A stretch of 64,000 bases of DNA from Halothiobacillus sp. (GTDB taxonomy: Bacteria > Pseudomonadota > Gammaproteobacteria > Halothiobacillales > Halothiobacillaceae), in the NCBI RefSeq assembly GCF_024636015.1, contig NZ_JAGXHU010000023.1, one strand, 5' to 3'. Of this stretch, positions 33,143 through 44,400 are shown in pieces. Under the pieces are notes generated by a model. The model searched no databases, was not told the origin of the DNA, and worked only from the letters and a program-made list of their open reading frames with translations. The first letter of the stretch is position 1, and each line of letters starts with the position of its first letter. Both the position numbers and the translations under genes were made by a program.

Positions 33143-35587
33143 CTATCGGTACGGCCAGCTCCATTGTGTGATTTCCGGCATATCCGCCCCATGGGTCCGG
33201 ATATAGACCTTGTGATCAAGCAGCCGGTCTTCCAATAGTTGCTTGACGTAGGCGGCATGGGCACCAATTGAAGGCACCCGGTCGATCACATCCATCACCA
33301 GATGGAACCGGTCGAGATCGTTCAACACCACCATGTCGAACGGTGTCGTGGTCGTGCCCTCCTCCTTGTATCCGCGCACATGCAGATTGGGGTGGCCTCG
33401 ACGACGGTAGGTCAGGCGATGAATCAACCAGGGATAACCGTGATAGGCGAAAAAAATCGGCTTGTCCGTCGTGAACATCTGATCAAACGTCCGATCGCTC
33501 AGGCCGTGCGGATGCTCGCTTTCCGGTTGCAATTTCATCAAATCCACCACATTGATCACCCGAACCCGTAATTCGGGCAAATGCTGCCGGATTAGATCCA
33601 CGGCGGCCAGGGTTTCCAGCGTCGGCACATCGCCTGCGCAGGCCATCACGACATCCGGCTCAGAATCCTGATCGTTGCTCGCCCAACCCCAGATTCCCAC
33701 CCCGTGGGTGCAGTGTTTTTCGGCCGCTTCCGCATCCAAGAACTGAAGCGCAGGCTGCTTGCCGGCCACGATCACATTCACATAGCTTCGTGAACGCAGG
33801 CAATGATCGGCCACCGACAGCAGGGTATTGGCATCCGGCGGCAGATAGACTCGGATTACATCCGATTTCTTGTTGACGACATGATCGATGAACCCCGGAT
33901 CCTGATGGGAGAAGCCATTGTGGTCCTGCCGCCAGACATGGCTGGTCAGCAGATAGGTCAAAGACGCGATCGGCGCACGCCAGGGAATGTGCCGGGTCGT
34001 TTTTAGCCACTTCGCATGCTGGTTGAACATCGAATCGATGATGTGGATAAATGCTTCGTAGCAGGAAAAAAAGCCATGCCGTCCGGTCAGCAGATAACCT
34101 TCCAACCATCCTTGGCAGGTATGCTCAGACAGAATTTCCATGACCCGGCCATCCACCGACAGATCCGTATCGAATTCGAAATGCTCGGCATCCCAGGCCT
34201 TCGGACTCACTTCGTAGACCGCATCCAAGCGATTGGAGGCGGTTTCGTCCGGGCCGAATATCCGGAAATTCTGCGATACCAGGTTGTTTTTCATGACATC
34301 CCGCAAAAACTGTCCCAGGACTCGGGTCGCTTCCGCCATATGCGTCCCTGGTTGATCCACACGCACGGCATATTGCCGGAAATCGGGCATGGTCAGGGGT
34401 TTCAGCAAAGTGCCGCCATTGGCATGCCGGTTGGCCGACATGCGGCGTTCGCCCAGTGGGGCGATCTGATTGATCAGGTCCACGGGGCGTCCCTCTGCAT
34501 CAAATAGCTCCTCGGGACGATAACTGCGCATCCATTCTTCCAGTAGGGCAAGGTGTTCGGGATTTTCTCGCACTTCACCGAACGGCACCTGATGCGCACG
34601 CCAGAACCCTTCTGTCTTCCTGCCATCGACAGATTTCGGCCCCGTCCAGCCCTTGGGCGACCGCAGGATGATCATCGGCCAGAGCGGGCGCGTCAGATCA
34701 CCCTCCTCTCTAGCCCGAAACTGGATGGACTCGATCTCGTCAAAAACGAGATCGAGGGTTTCGGCCATTTTCTGGTGCATCTCCTGTGGATCGCTGCCTT
34801 CAACCACATAGGGGGTGTAGCCATAGCCCCGCATCAACGCTTCCAACTCGGCGGGATCGATTCGCGCCAGAACCGTCGGATTGGCGATCTTGTAGCCATT
34901 CAGATGCAGGATCGGCAGGACAGCCCCGTCCCGAGCCGGGTTCAAAAACTTGTTGGAATGCCAGGAGGTGGCCAGCGGGCCGGTTTCGGCCTCGCCATCG
35001 CCAACCACGGCACACACCACCAGATCCGGGTTATCGAAGGCCGCGCCAAAGGCATGCGACAACGAATAGCCCAGCTCACCGCCTTCATGAATCGAACCTG
35101 GCGTCTCCGGCGCCACGTGGGAGGGGATGCCACCCGGAAAAGAAAACTGGGTGAACAGACGCTTCATGCCCTCGGCATCCCGTGATATCTCAGGGTAAAC
35201 CTCGCTGTACGTGCGCTCCAGCCAGGTATTGGCGACCAGACCCGGTCCACCGTGACCGGGGCCGGCAATATAAATAGCATTCACATCGCGTTCCCGAATC
35301 AGCCGGTTCATATGCACATAGAGGAAGTTCAGACCTGGCGTCGTCCCCCAGTGGCCGAGCAGGCGCGGTTTGACGTGCTCCGCACGCAGCGGCTCACGCA
35401 ACAAGGGATTATCCATCAGATAGATCTGCCCGATGGACAGATAGTTGGCCGCGCGCCACCAGGTATCGATCTGTGCCAGTTCATGATCACTGAGGGCGCC
35501 GCCCGACGCGCCTGTCGTTACCGTACTCGTCACGTTCAGATCGTTCATCGCCGCTCCTCCTCGATAAATCGTTTCCGCCTGATTCAA
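33143..35587 (-). CDS. xfp: Xylulose-5-phosphate/fructose-6-phosphate phosphoketolase (ThDP-dependent)
   Basis: The 814-aa protein has XFP N-terminal signatures ([47 protein letters not shown]). Confidence 0.95.
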   Translation of the reverse strand: MNQAETIYRGGAAMNDLNVTSTVTTGASGGALSDHELAQIDTWWRAANYLSIGQIYLMDNPLLREPLRAEHVKPRLLGHWGTTPGLNFLYVHMNRLIRERDVNAIYIAGPGHGGPGLVANTWLERTYSEVYPEISRDAEGMKRLFTQFSFPGGIPSHVAPETPGSIHEGGELGYSLSHAFGAAFDNPDLVVCAVVGDGEAETGPLATSWHSNKFLNPARDGAVLPILHLNGYKIANPTVLARIDPAELEALMRGYGYTPYVVEGSDPQEMHQKMAETLDLVFDEIESIQFRAREEGDLTRPLWPMIILRSPKGWTGPKSVDGRKTEGFWRAHQVPFGEVRENPEHLALLEEWMRSYRPEELFDAEGRPVDLINQIAPLGERRMSANRHANGGTLLKPLTMPDFRQYAVRVDQPGTHMAEATRVLGQFLRDVMKNNLVSQNFRIFGPDETASNRLDAVYEVSPKAWDAEHFEFDTDLSVDGRVMEILSEHTCQGWLEGYLLTGRHGFFSCYEAFIHIIDSMFNQHAKWLKTTRHIPWRAPIASLTYLLTSHVWRQDHNGFSHQDPGFIDHVVNKKSDVIRVYLPPDANTLLSVADHCLRSRSYVNVIVAGKQPALQFLDAEAAEKHCTHGVGIWGWASNDQDSEPDVVMACAGDVPTLETLAAVDLIRQHLPELRVRVINVVDLMKLQPESEHPHGLSDRTFDQMFTTDKPIFFAYHGYPWLIHRLTYRRRGHPNLHVRGYKEEGTTTTPFDMVVLNDLDRFHLVMDVIDRVPSIGAHAAYVKQLLEDRLLDHKVYIRTHGADMPEITQWSWPYR

Positions 35588-36795
35588 GACGCCGCAGTTG
35601 GTGCGACAAGACGCACCATCTGCTCTGCTTCCCGACTGGGCACCACATAAATCCCCGGAAGACTCCCCTCGGCATGAATTGCCGTTACCACCTGCGGCCC
35701 CAGCGTGGCCGCGTTACGCGCGGGATCTAGATGCCAGCCAAATGCCGACATGGCTGCAAGGGCCTGCGCCCGAACAATGGCATCGTGCTCACCCACGCCC
35801 CCCGTGAAGATCACAGCATCCACGCGCCCCAGCAGTGCAGTGAAAGCACCGAGATATTTGCGGATTCGATAGATGTAGATCGCCAGTGCCAGACCAGCCG
35901 CCTCGGCAGCAACATCACCGCCAGACATGACCTCATGGACCGCCCGCAAATCCGATTGCCCGCACAAGCCCTTCAGCCCGCTGTCATGATTGAGCAAGTG
36001 GGCCACATCAGCACCATTCATCCCCGTATGCGCTTCCAGAAAAGCGGGGATCGCCGGGTCAAGGTCACCCGCCCGGGTACCCATCACCAAACCTTCTAAC
36101 GGCGTGAATCCCATCGTAGTATCCACGCTGCGTCCATCGCGGATCGCCGTCATGCTTGCCCCATTGCCCAGATGCGCCACGATCAGATTCTGCGATGATC
36201 GCGATTGGCCCAATGTTTCCGCGAGTTGCCGGCTGACCGAATCGACCGAAATGCCATGGAAGCCATACCGGCGAATGCCGAACTCGTGATAGAACCGCAA
36301 CGGCAAGGCGTAGTGGAAAGCCTCCGGCGGCATGTGGTGGTGGAAGGCGGTGTCAAATACCGCAAATTGGGGAATTTCGGGCGCAAATACCGTGGCGGCA
36401 TCCATACCTTGCAACGCCAGTGGATTGTGAAGGGGCGCCAAGGGCGTCAAGGAATCAATTTCAGCCCGAACGGCAGGTGTGATCCGGGTTGGCTCCGTAA
36501 ATCGCACCCCGCCATGCACGACGCGGTGCACGATACCCACCAGCATGTCAGGAGACTTCAAAACCGACTGGTGGCGCCAGAAGCGCACCGCCAGGTTGAA
36601 GGCCGCCCGATGATCTTCGGCGACAACCGTCATCATCGGCAGATCTCCGGCCAAGAGATGGCCCTCGGACTGACCAATACTTTCAATCTGCAGGACGGCT
36701 ATCGGCTCAAACGAATCGACAGAGAACAATGCCAGCTTGAGCGAGGATGACCCCGTATTGACCGTCAACCACAAAGTGGTGTTATTGGCTGTCAT
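35584..36795 (-). CDS. ackA: Acetate kinase
   Basis: It has the N-terminal phosphate-1 motif ([15 protein letters not shown]) and the [24 protein letters not shown] and FTGGVGE motifs. Its stop overlaps the xfp ATG (ATGA at 35584-35587). The ORF is open to a GTG at 36810. Confidence 0.95.
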   Translation of the reverse strand: MTANNTTLWLTVNTGSSSLKLALFSVDSFEPIAVLQIESIGQSEGHLLAGDLPMMTVVAEDHRAAFNLAVRFWRHQSVLKSPDMLVGIVHRVVHGGVRFTEPTRITPAVRAEIDSLTPLAPLHNPLALQGMDAATVFAPEIPQFAVFDTAFHHHMPPEAFHYALPLRFYHEFGIRRYGFHGISVDSVSRQLAETLGQSRSSQNLIVAHLGNGASMTAIRDGRSVDTTMGFTPLEGLVMGTRAGDLDPAIPAFLEAHTGMNGADVAHLLNHDSGLKGLCGQSDLRAVHEVMSGGDVAAEAAGLALAIYIYRIRKYLGAFTALLGRVDAVIFTGGVGEHDAIVRAQALAAMSAFGWHLDPARNAATLGPQVVTAIHAEGSLPGIYVVPSREAEQMVRLVAPTAAS

Positions 36796-36957
36796 CCGGC
36801 AATTACCCACAGTTTGTCAAGGTAATATCCATCCTAAGACACAAGGATGTCATCACCAAGACAAACCACACGGACAATCAGCCGGTTCAACGACAAACCA
36901 CCCCAAAACTTTGATGGCATCCCGGCGTTTACCTACCGGGGCGATTCAGGATGGTGG

Positions 36958-37449
36958 TTACTGCTTGAACCCGATATCCAGCACCGCATGCCCTTGCGAT
37001 GAAGCTGCAAATGTACGATGGATGGTTTGCCCATCATGGGTTGCTGTCAAGTGATAGGAGCCCGGGGGCAGTTCGACCAGCAGCTTGGGCCCCTGCGCGG
37101 TCGCATCCAGAATGGAAGCACCCTTGGCGTTCGTAATACCGACATGGACATCCGATATGAACGCACCGCCCGGCACTACAGCAAACGTGATGTGGGTATT
37201 GAATTGGGCGGCATGCGTCGCCAGCCAGGCACGCTCCTCAACACCAATCCCACCTGCCACATACCGAATTCCACCGGTACTCTGCTCCACGGTCAGCGCG
37301 CCCGATTGCACCTCGGCAGGCGATAACGAGTGGATGCTGGGCTCCTCAGAGACGCCTGCAACAGCGGAGGTCGAGAGCCCCCCAATACCTAGGCAGGCAC
37401 CGGCCGTCAGAACCAGAAGACCCGATTTAATACGTGACGGAAAATTCAT
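36958..37449 (-). CDS. Secreted hypothetical protein with a carboxypeptidase-regulatory-like (beta-sandwich) C-terminal region
   Basis: A signal peptide (MNFPSRIKSGLLVLTAGACLGIGGLSTSAVA) is followed by the pattern ...ITNAKGASILDATAQGPKLLVELPPGSYHLTATHDGQT. GGAGG lies upstream of the ATG at 37449; the ORF is open to 37698. Confidence 0.5.
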   Translation of the reverse strand: MNFPSRIKSGLLVLTAGACLGIGGLSTSAVAGVSEEPSIHSLSPAEVQSGALTVEQSTGGIRYVAGGIGVEERAWLATHAAQFNTHITFAVVPGGAFISDVHVGITNAKGASILDATAQGPKLLVELPPGSYHLTATHDGQTIHRTFAASSQGHAVLDIGFKQ

Positions 37450-37835
37450 GATGAGCACCTCCACACACGATGATGAAACAGCAAATTTTAGGCACAGCAA
37501 ACAACCGAAAGGTTCCCGCTTCTGCAGCTCACTCGTAACAACAGATAAGACACAGACCCCACCTAAACCCGCGCAATTTCTCTGAGCCCTTAAAGGACAA
37601 ATGACCGAAGGTACCAGATAAGCAGGGGAATAAATACGCACAACCTGGTTGGGCTTGTGCGTCATGCAACAGTGGCCCAACACCACACCCCGGCACATTT
37701 TTCATCAATTGAAACATACTTTTCACGTCACTCATGGGGCTTTTACGGCTTGAGCTGCCCAAGACAGCCATTACAGGAACTTTCCCGTATACCCCGTGCC
37801 TTATGAACGAGACCCATTTGCCATCAGGAGTATTT

Positions 37836-38153
37836 ATGTACGTTGTTGCCAATCGTGTACCGGTCGCCGAAGACTGGCGAGAAGCCTTTGAAGAGCGCTT
37901 TCGCGCCCGCGCCGGCCAGGTCGACCAACAAGATGGATTCGTCCGAATGGAAGTCTTGCGCCCCGATGCAGAGCATGGCACAGGCATATACGTGGTACTC
38001 ACACATTGGCGCGACAAACAGGCCTTTGAGAACTGGATCGGCAGCCCCGATTTCCGTGAAGCGCACAAAAACCCGTTACCGAAGGAAGCTTTCGATGGCG
38101 AAGGCAAACTGGAGCGCCACGAGGTCATTATCAGCAGCGCGGCCGCGAAGTAA
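37836..38153 (+). CDS. ABM-domain monooxygenase, IsdG/HmoB-like (haem-degrading monooxygenase family)
   Basis: The sequence MYVVANRVPV...FEERFRARAGQVDQQDGFVRMEVLRP....YVVLTHWRDKQAFENWIGSPDFREAH matches the IsdG/ABM pattern. AGGAG lies 7 nt upstream. Confidence 0.65.
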   Translation: MYVVANRVPVAEDWREAFEERFRARAGQVDQQDGFVRMEVLRPDAEHGTGIYVVLTHWRDKQAFENWIGSPDFREAHKNPLPKEAFDGEGKLERHEVIISSAAAK

Positions 38154-38207
38154 CCCGCATCAAGGCTATTGCGGCCAGAAACCGGAGAAATGAATTTCGA
38201 TGACAAT

Positions 38208-38244
38208 AAAAAACCCCCGGAACCAGAGCTCCGGGGGTTTTAAA
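38208..38244. terminator. Bidirectional rho-independent terminator between the ABM gene and rplI
   Basis: The sequence is aaaaaACCCCCGG-aaccagagct-CCGGGGGTttt, with A-run and T-run flanks on both sides. Confidence 0.8.
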
Positions 38245-38263
38245 CGATCGCTGAAGTGAAGAT

Positions 38264-38716
38264 TTACTCTTCGCCGACCACGATTACCTTGATGACTGCA
38301 TCCACATCGGTATGCAGGTGGATAGAGATCGGGAACTCACCCACGGCCCGCAGGGGGCCTTCTGGCATACGGACGTTGCGCTTTTCAAGGGCAACACCAT
38401 AAACGCTGCCGACGGCCTCGGCGATTTCGGCGGTACCAACAGAACCGAACAGCTTGCCTTCCGCGCCTGCTTTAACAGCAATGGTCACGGTCGCTTCGGC
38501 TAGTTTCGCGGCCTGTGCCTGCGCAGCGGCCAGTTCCTCGGCAGCCAGACGCTCAAGTTCGACGCGACGCGCTTCGAATTCGGCCAGGTTAGCCTTGGTG
38601 GCGGCCCGAGCCTTGCCGTAAGGGATCAGGAAGTTACGCGCATAACCAGCGCGCACACTCACGACATCACCCAAGGTGCCCAGATTTTCTACTTTGTTCA
38701 ACAAAATAACTTGCAT
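38264..38716 (-). CDS. rplI: 50S ribosomal protein L9
   Basis: It begins [36 protein letters not shown] and is 150 aa long. Confidence 0.97.
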   Translation of the reverse strand: MQVILLNKVENLGTLGDVVSVRAGYARNFLIPYGKARAATKANLAEFEARRVELERLAAEELAAAQAQAAKLAEATVTIAVKAGAEGKLFGSVGTAEIAEAVGSVYGVALEKRNVRMPEGPLRAVGEFPISIHLHTDVDAVIKVIVVGEE

Positions 38717-38748
38717 GATTTAACTCCTGAACGTTGTAACCGCGTCAA

Positions 38749-38973
38749 TCAATGACGATCGGTATACGGCAGCAACGCGAGAAAACGGGCACGCTTGATC
38801 GCAGTTTGCAACTGGCGCTGATAGCGTGCGGCGGTACCGGTGACACGACTCGGTACGATTTTGCCGGTTTCACTGAGGTATTGTTTTAAGGTGTCGATAT
38901 CTTTGTAATCGATTTGCTTGACGTTTTCAGCAGTAAAACGGCAGAAACGCTTGCGACGGAAAAAACGTGACAT
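38749..38973 (-). CDS. rpsR: 30S ribosomal protein S18
   Basis: The sequence [44 protein letters not shown] is present; the protein is 74 aa. Confidence 0.97.
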   Translation of the reverse strand: MSRFFRRKRFCRFTAENVKQIDYKDIDTLKQYLSETGKIVPSRVTGTAARYQRQLQTAIKRARFLALLPYTDRH

Positions 38974-38990
38974 GATGATCCCCCTGAATA

Positions 38991-39419
38991 TTATTCGCTG
39001 ACTTCAGCGCTTTCGTCTTTTTCGACTGGCTCTTCGTCATCACGATCGAACCGACCTTCTTCCTGCTCGTCATCACGACGGCGCGGACGACGTTCGATTT
39101 CACGCTCTCGCATGATGATGGAGGTCTCAACTTCAGCCGCGTCCATCCGGGCGGTCAGGTGACGCAACACCGCATCGTTGAAGCGGAACGCTTCTTCGAG
39201 CTCTGCCAGGGCAGTTTGGTTGGTCTCAATATTCATCATGACGTAATGGGCCTTGACGAGCTTATTGATCGGGTAGGCCAGTTGACGGCGACCCCAATCT
39301 TCCAGACGATGCACTTGCCCGCCGGAATTCTCGATAATGCCGCGATAACGCTCGATCATGGCGGGAACTTGTTCACTCTGGTCCGGATGGACCATGAACA
39401 CGATTTCGTAATGTCGCAT
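38991..39419 (-). CDS. rpsF: 30S ribosomal protein S6 (acidic C-terminal tail)
   Basis: It begins [25 protein letters not shown] at the ATG at 39419; the ORF is open to 39521. Confidence 0.95.
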   Translation of the reverse strand: MRHYEIVFMVHPDQSEQVPAMIERYRGIIENSGGQVHRLEDWGRRQLAYPINKLVKAHYVMMNIETNQTALAELEEAFRFNDAVLRHLTARMDAAEVETSIIMREREIERRPRRRDDEQEEGRFDRDDEEPVEKDESAEVSE

Positions 39420-39535
39420 AGTGTGCTCCTGTGGATGGATAAAAGGCAGCCTGCCGTATGCGCCACGGTCAGGCAGGAGAAAAGAGGCGCGAATTTTACG
39501 GGAATCCGCCGCGTAGAACAAGGGGAATTTCCGAC

Positions 39536-39922
39536 TCAGTCCCGTTCGATCACCACGAAGGCCAAGGCATAGTGACGCTCGTCCGTCACACTGAGTTGAA
39601 ACCGACTAGCACCCAGATCATGCAACCGCTGCAAAGCACCACCACTGAAGTGGAGACTCGGCGCGCCCAGTGAATCATGCACCGTCTGAACATCCGGCAA
39701 ACAGATCCCGTCGCGGAAGCCCGTGCCCAAGGCCTTAACTGCCGCTTCCTTCGCCGCAAACCGCTTGGCTACCCAAGCCGAAAACCGCGGCGAATCCGGC
39801 GACGGACAATGGCTACGTTCAATCTCGCCCAGCACCCGCGCCAGCAGGCGCGTGCCATGACGGCCATAGACCCGCTCAATCCGTGCGATCTCGACGAGAT
39901 CGGTACCAATCCCCACGATCAT
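39536..39922 (-). CDS. acpS: Holo-[acyl-carrier-protein] synthase
   Basis: It begins [16 protein letters not shown] and continues ...[12 protein letters not shown], for a 128-aa product. Confidence 0.92.
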   Translation of the reverse strand: MIVGIGTDLVEIARIERVYGRHGTRLLARVLGEIERSHCPSPDSPRFSAWVAKRFAAKEAAVKALGTGFRDGICLPDVQTVHDSLGAPSLHFSGGALQRLHDLGASRFQLSVTDERHYALAFVVIERD

Positions 39923-39940
39923 TTTTGAACGTGCCGCAAC

Positions 39941-40699
39941 TTAACGAGCACGCGCCGACAGCATCAATTGCTTCATCTCCCGCACGGCCTGGGGCAGACC
40001 GCAGAAAACAGCGCGCGCAATAATCGCATGGCCAATATTGAGTTCTTCAATCTGCGGGATTGCAGCGATGGCTTGAACATTATGATAATGCAGGCCGTGC
40101 CCGGCATTGACTTGCAGGCCCACGTCCGCCACATCGCCCGCAACGCGGATAATTTCATCTAGGATCTGCTTTTGCTGCGCGTCATCCTTGGCATCCGCAT
40201 AATGTCCGGTATGCAGTTCAATCACGGGTGCCTCACAGGCCACGGCCGCATCGATCTGTCGCGGGTCCGGCGCGATAAAGAGTGATACCCGGATTCCCGC
40301 ATCTGCAAGCCGTTCGCAGGCCGCATGTATCCGATCGATCTGCCCGGCAACATCCAACCCGCCCTCGGTCGTCAACTCCTCACGTCGCTCCGGAACCAGG
40401 CAGCAATCATGCGGCTTCACGCGGCAGGCAAAATCGATCATCTCGTCGGTCACGGCCATTTCCAGATTCATGCGCGTCTGCAGCATGTCGCGCAGGCGCA
40501 GCACATCCCGATCCTGTATATGCCGGCGATCTTCGCGCAGGTGCAGGGTGATACTGTCCGCACCGGCCTGCTCCGCCATCAGCGCCGCCAGGACCGGATC
40601 GGGATAAAGCGTGCCCCGAGCCTGCCGCAGGGTGGCCACGTGGTCGATATTCAGGCCCAATAAAGGCAAATGCGCGGTCACGCGGTTCGTCATAATCAT
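39941..40699 (-). CDS. pdxJ: Pyridoxine 5'-phosphate synthase
   Basis: The motifs [28 protein letters not shown] and ELHTGHYA are present; the protein is 252 aa. Confidence 0.95.
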   Translation of the reverse strand: MIMTNRVTAHLPLLGLNIDHVATLRQARGTLYPDPVLAALMAEQAGADSITLHLREDRRHIQDRDVLRLRDMLQTRMNLEMAVTDEMIDFACRVKPHDCCLVPERREELTTEGGLDVAGQIDRIHAACERLADAGIRVSLFIAPDPRQIDAAVACEAPVIELHTGHYADAKDDAQQKQILDEIIRVAGDVADVGLQVNAGHGLHYHNVQAIAAIPQIEELNIGHAIIARAVFCGLPQAVREMKQLMLSARAR

Positions 40700-40710
40700 G
40701 CTTCCTGTTA

Positions 40711-41430
40711 TTACGTATCAGATAGAGAATGTATGGGTTTCGGTGCAGAACGCCACAGTTCCCGGCTGTGAAATGGGGCGGCACCCACATGCGGACGCAT
40801 CATAAACTGCATCAGATCGCGCGCCAGTCGCTGATCCGAAGGCGTATCGGGTAATTTATCCAGCGCAATGGCCATGATCACACGTCCCGATACCGCAAGC
40901 CCGGCCGGCGTCCGCCGGGAAAGAATACCGACCTCGGGATCGACCCAGTAAGTAGCCTCGGGGTCCACCGTTATGCCCTGATCAGACGTGTGTGTCCAGT
41001 CGATACCGAACCCAAGTTCCGTCAGCAGGTCACGCTCAAAACGCCGAATGACCAGCCCCAACATCTGGGCTTCCTGGGTCAGCCTTTCCAGCGACTGAGC
41101 ATACTGCGCGAACAGCGCGGGCATCGGCTCATCACGACCCAGGGTTCGCATCAGTAGCTCGTTGAGATAAAAGCCGACCGCCAACGCCTGGCCAGTCAAC
41201 AAACGCGGTGGTTCAGTCAGGTCGATCTGGGTGGCGACTTTCATGTCACCCCGCCCCGCGAGCATCATGTGCATTCCCTGAAAAGGCAAAGGACGAACGG
41301 CTGATTTCCGGCCCGACTGGCGCACACCCCGCTGACGTGTGGTCAGCCGGCCGTGATCTTCTGTAAACCAGTCGACCAACAGGCTCGTTTCACGCCAGGG
41401 CCGCGTATGAAGCACATAAGCGCAGGTCAT
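40711..41430 (-). CDS. recO: DNA repair protein RecO
   Basis: It has the N-terminal OB pattern ([26 protein letters not shown]). Its position between era and pdxJ fits. Confidence 0.88.
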   Translation of the reverse strand: MTCAYVLHTRPWRETSLLVDWFTEDHGRLTTRQRGVRQSGRKSAVRPLPFQGMHMMLAGRGDMKVATQIDLTEPPRLLTGQALAVGFYLNELLMRTLGRDEPMPALFAQYAQSLERLTQEAQMLGLVIRRFERDLLTELGFGIDWTHTSDQGITVDPEATYWVDPEVGILSRRTPAGLAVSGRVIMAIALDKLPDTPSDQRLARDLMQFMMRPHVGAAPFHSRELWRSAPKPIHSLSDT

Positions 41431-41444
41431 CGCGGCACTGTCGG

Positions 41445-42395
41445 CTAATCGGGCAACTGATAACCAAGCGACTGCACCGCACGCTCGTCATCCGCCCAGC
41501 CTTCTCGCACCCGTGCCCACAGTTGGAGCATGACACGCGTGTTGAGCAATTGTTCGAGATCGTGGCGCGCCTGAATACCCACTTCCTTCAACTTGCTCCC
41601 ACCCTTACCGATCACAATGCCCTTCTGGCTCTCGCGCGCCACATAGATTACCCCGTCAATCTCGGTCAGACCGGGCGTTTCATTGAACCGCTCGATCAAC
41701 ACCGTCGTCTTGTAGGGCAACTCGTCGTGTAATAGCCGTGCGAGTTTTTCACGAATAATTTCAGCCGCCATGAAACGAGTGGTGATCGTCGTCACCTCGT
41801 CCGGGTCATACATGGGTTCACCCGGAGGCAAGTGCGTGAACAGCAGATCGATCAGTCCGTCAAATCCACGGTCACGACGTGCGGAAATCGGATAGAGTGC
41901 CGTGAAATCGTAGCGTCCCTGCATCGCCATCAAGAACGGCATGAGCGCAGCCTTGTCCGGCACCAGGTCAATCTTGTTGACCAATAGAATGGTCGGTAAT
42001 TCGGACTGCCGAATCAGCGCCAGTACCGCGGCATCTTCATCGGTAAAGCGTCCGGCCTGCACGACGAACAGAACGAGATCGACCCCATCGAAACCGCTGC
42101 GCGCGGTGCGGTTGAGCTGCCGGTTTAACGCGTCACTGCCGCCTTGATGGATCCCAGGCGTATCGACAAACACGATCTGCCCCCGCTCCTCGCTGAAGAT
42201 GCCGGTAATTCGGTGGCGGGTCGTCTGTGGCTTCGGGGCGGTAATGCTGATTTTTTGGCCCACCAGGCGATTAAGCAAACTGGATTTGCCCACATTTGGG
42301 CGCCCGACAATCGCAATCTGGCCGAAGCAACTGGGCGTTGTCATAGAGTCTGGTGCAGGCATCTCATTCGAACTGTCGGGCATGGAATCACTCAT
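41445..42395 (-). CDS. era: GTPase Era
   Basis: It has G1 (GRPNVGKSSLLN), G3 (DTPGIH), G4 (NKID) and a KH domain. It overlaps the rnc stop. Confidence 0.95.
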   Translation of the reverse strand: MSDSMPDSSNEMPAPDSMTTPSCFGQIAIVGRPNVGKSSLLNRLVGQKISITAPKPQTTRHRITGIFSEERGQIVFVDTPGIHQGGSDALNRQLNRTARSGFDGVDLVLFVVQAGRFTDEDAAVLALIRQSELPTILLVNKIDLVPDKAALMPFLMAMQGRYDFTALYPISARRDRGFDGLIDLLFTHLPPGEPMYDPDEVTTITTRFMAAEIIREKLARLLHDELPYKTTVLIERFNETPGLTEIDGVIYVARESQKGIVIGKGGSKLKEVGIQARHDLEQLLNTRVMLQLWARVREGWADDERAVQSLGYQLPD

Positions 42396-43134
42396 TATCG
42401 GTAACCGGGGGTCCGGAGGGTGCCTTAAGCTGTACGAGCATGCGCTCTGCCGCAGCCTGTTCTGCCTTGCGACGCGAACTGCCCCGTCCCAAGCTCGTCT
42501 GGTCGGAGTGGGTCAGGCGACATGTCACTTCAAACACCTGCTTATGCGCCTGCCCACGGACATCCGTCACCTCGTAGGTCGGTAACTCGAATTTGCCGCT
42601 TTGCAGGAGCTCCTGCAGGCGTGTCTTTGGATCCTTCAGACTGGCCGCATCGGGGAGAATTTCGAGCAAGGGAGTAAAAAGACGCTCGATCATCGCCTTA
42701 GCCACAAGAAAGCCCTGATCGAGATAAACGGCACCAATGGTGGCCTCCAGCGCATCAGCCAGAATGGAATCCCGTCGGAACCCACCACTTTTCAACTCGC
42801 CGGACCCCAGAACCAGGTAATCACCCAGATTCAGACCTCGCGCAACCATGGCCAGCGTTTCCTCGCGAACAATGCTGGCACGCCAACGCGACAGCGCCCC
42901 CTCATCTGCGGTCGGGTGCAATGCATAGAGGCGATCGGCAATCACCAGATTCAAAATGGCATCCCCCAGAAACTCAAGCCGCTCATTATTGACATTACCT
43001 GCGGAGCGATGCCGCAGGGCCATGACCAACAAATCAGACTCAACAAACTGTATGCCCAGCGACTGAGCCAGGCGAGCGGGCTCGCCCACCAGGGGATTGG
43101 TGGATTTCGGAACGGGCTTATTAAGGACTGACAT
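42388..43134 (-). CDS. rnc: Ribonuclease III
   Basis: It has the RNase III signature (NERLEFLGDAILN) and a dsRBD C-terminus. Confidence 0.95.
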   Translation of the reverse strand: MSVLNKPVPKSTNPLVGEPARLAQSLGIQFVESDLLVMALRHRSAGNVNNERLEFLGDAILNLVIADRLYALHPTADEGALSRWRASIVREETLAMVARGLNLGDYLVLGSGELKSGGFRRDSILADALEATIGAVYLDQGFLVAKAMIERLFTPLLEILPDAASLKDPKTRLQELLQSGKFELPTYEVTDVRGQAHKQVFEVTCRLTHSDQTSLGRGSSRRKAEQAAAERMLVQLKAPSGPPVTDNE

Positions 43135-43528
43135 TCACTTGATGTGCAAAAGACGCCACTACGGACAGATTTCCAACGATGTCCGCACGGCCTTCATAGT
43201 TGTACTCCACTTTGGAGCCACCATTGCCCAGCGGCGTGATCTTGAAATCCTTGGCGGCGGTAATATTGTTGATTTCATTGATATCCAGCTGCTTGTCGAT
43301 CGTGGAACGAATCAGCATTGGATCACCATGAAAATTCTTCAATTGCGTAAAGATGCTGGTGATCTTCTGGTCCGTGAGATAAAGCGGCACTACTTTCATC
43401 AGCAGAATCGCAATAAAGAAGGCAATGAATGCATACATGATCAATCCGATCAGGGTCATGCCGGATTGGCGATTGAGTCCCGGTTTGAATTCCTGGGAAA
43501 TTTTCTGGGTTGAATAATGGGGCATCAT
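43121..43528 (-). CDS. DUF4845-family small membrane-anchored protein (conserved lepB-rnc neighbour)
   Basis: The 135-aa ORF has a single N-terminal transmembrane segment (MTLIGLIMYAFIAFFIAILLM). Its position between lepB and rnc is typical of this family in gammaproteobacteria. Confidence 0.6.
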   Translation of the reverse strand: MMPHYSTQKISQEFKPGLNRQSGMTLIGLIMYAFIAFFIAILLMKVVPLYLTDQKITSIFTQLKNFHGDPMLIRSTIDKQLDINEINNITAAKDFKITPLGNGGSKVEYNYEGRADIVGNLSVVASFAHQVNVSP

Positions 43529-43567
43529 GCTCGGTTCCTCTTCCTTAAACGTTCAGTGATCAAACAA

Positions 43568-44365
43568 TTAGTGGATGCTTTTACCAATCCGGCTTGCATC
43601 AAATTTGCCGTCTTTCCAATCCCAATGCAACCAAATCATAAACGCCTTTCCAACCAGATTGGCCTCGGGCACGAAACCCCAGTAACGACTGTCATTGCTG
43701 TTGTCCCGATTATCACCCATGGCGAAATAGGAATGGGGCGGCACCACCCACTCACCATCGCGACGGTAACCGTCTTTCTCGAACAATACCTGATGTTTGA
43801 CGCCCATTAAATCTTCTTGATACACATCGGTTCCCGCCATGCGCATACCGTCATCCCCCGGATAAACACCGACGAAAGTTTCTGGTTGCAGCACGCCATT
43901 GATCCATAACTTGTTTCCCACAACCCGGATATGGTCGCCTGGCAGACCGATAATTCGCTTGATGTAATCCACCTTCGGATCCTTCGGGTAACGGAATACC
44001 GCAATATCACCACGGGCGGGCTCGCCAATAGACAAAATTTTGGTATCCAACACGGGCAATCGCAGACCATAGCTGAATTTGTTCACCAGGATGAAGTCGC
44101 CAACCAGCAGCGTCGGCATCAACGAACCGGAAGGGATGCGGAAGGGTTCGGCAATAAACGAACGAACAACCAGCACAATCAATAAAACAGGGAAGAATGA
44201 CCGGGCATAATCAACCAGCAATGGTTCATGCAGGACAACGGGCGCATCAGACACCACGCCGGTATGTGCCTTGCGCGTCCGAGCCGGTTTGAACAAAAGC
44301 GCGTCAGTCAGCCAAATCAGCCCCGTCAGCAACGTGCCCAGCACGAGAATCAGCGTGAAATCCAA
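43568..44365 (-). CDS. lepB: Signal peptidase I
   Basis: The catalytic Ser box (IPSGSMMPTL-like: IPSGSLMPTLLVGDFILV), the Lys box (YIKRIIGLPGD) and GDNRDNSNDSRYWG are all present. Confidence 0.95.
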   Translation of the reverse strand: MDFTLILVLGTLLTGLIWLTDALLFKPARTRKAHTGVVSDAPVVLHEPLLVDYARSFFPVLLIVLVVRSFIAEPFRIPSGSLMPTLLVGDFILVNKFSYGLRLPVLDTKILSIGEPARGDIAVFRYPKDPKVDYIKRIIGLPGDHIRVVGNKLWINGVLQPETFVGVYPGDDGMRMAGTDVYQEDLMGVKHQVLFEKDGYRRDGEWVVPPHSYFAMGDNRDNSNDSRYWGFVPEANLVGKAFMIWLHWDWKDGKFDASRIGKSIH

Positions 44366-44400
44366 AATCGTTCTCTCCGTTGTTAGTGTGTCAACCGCGA

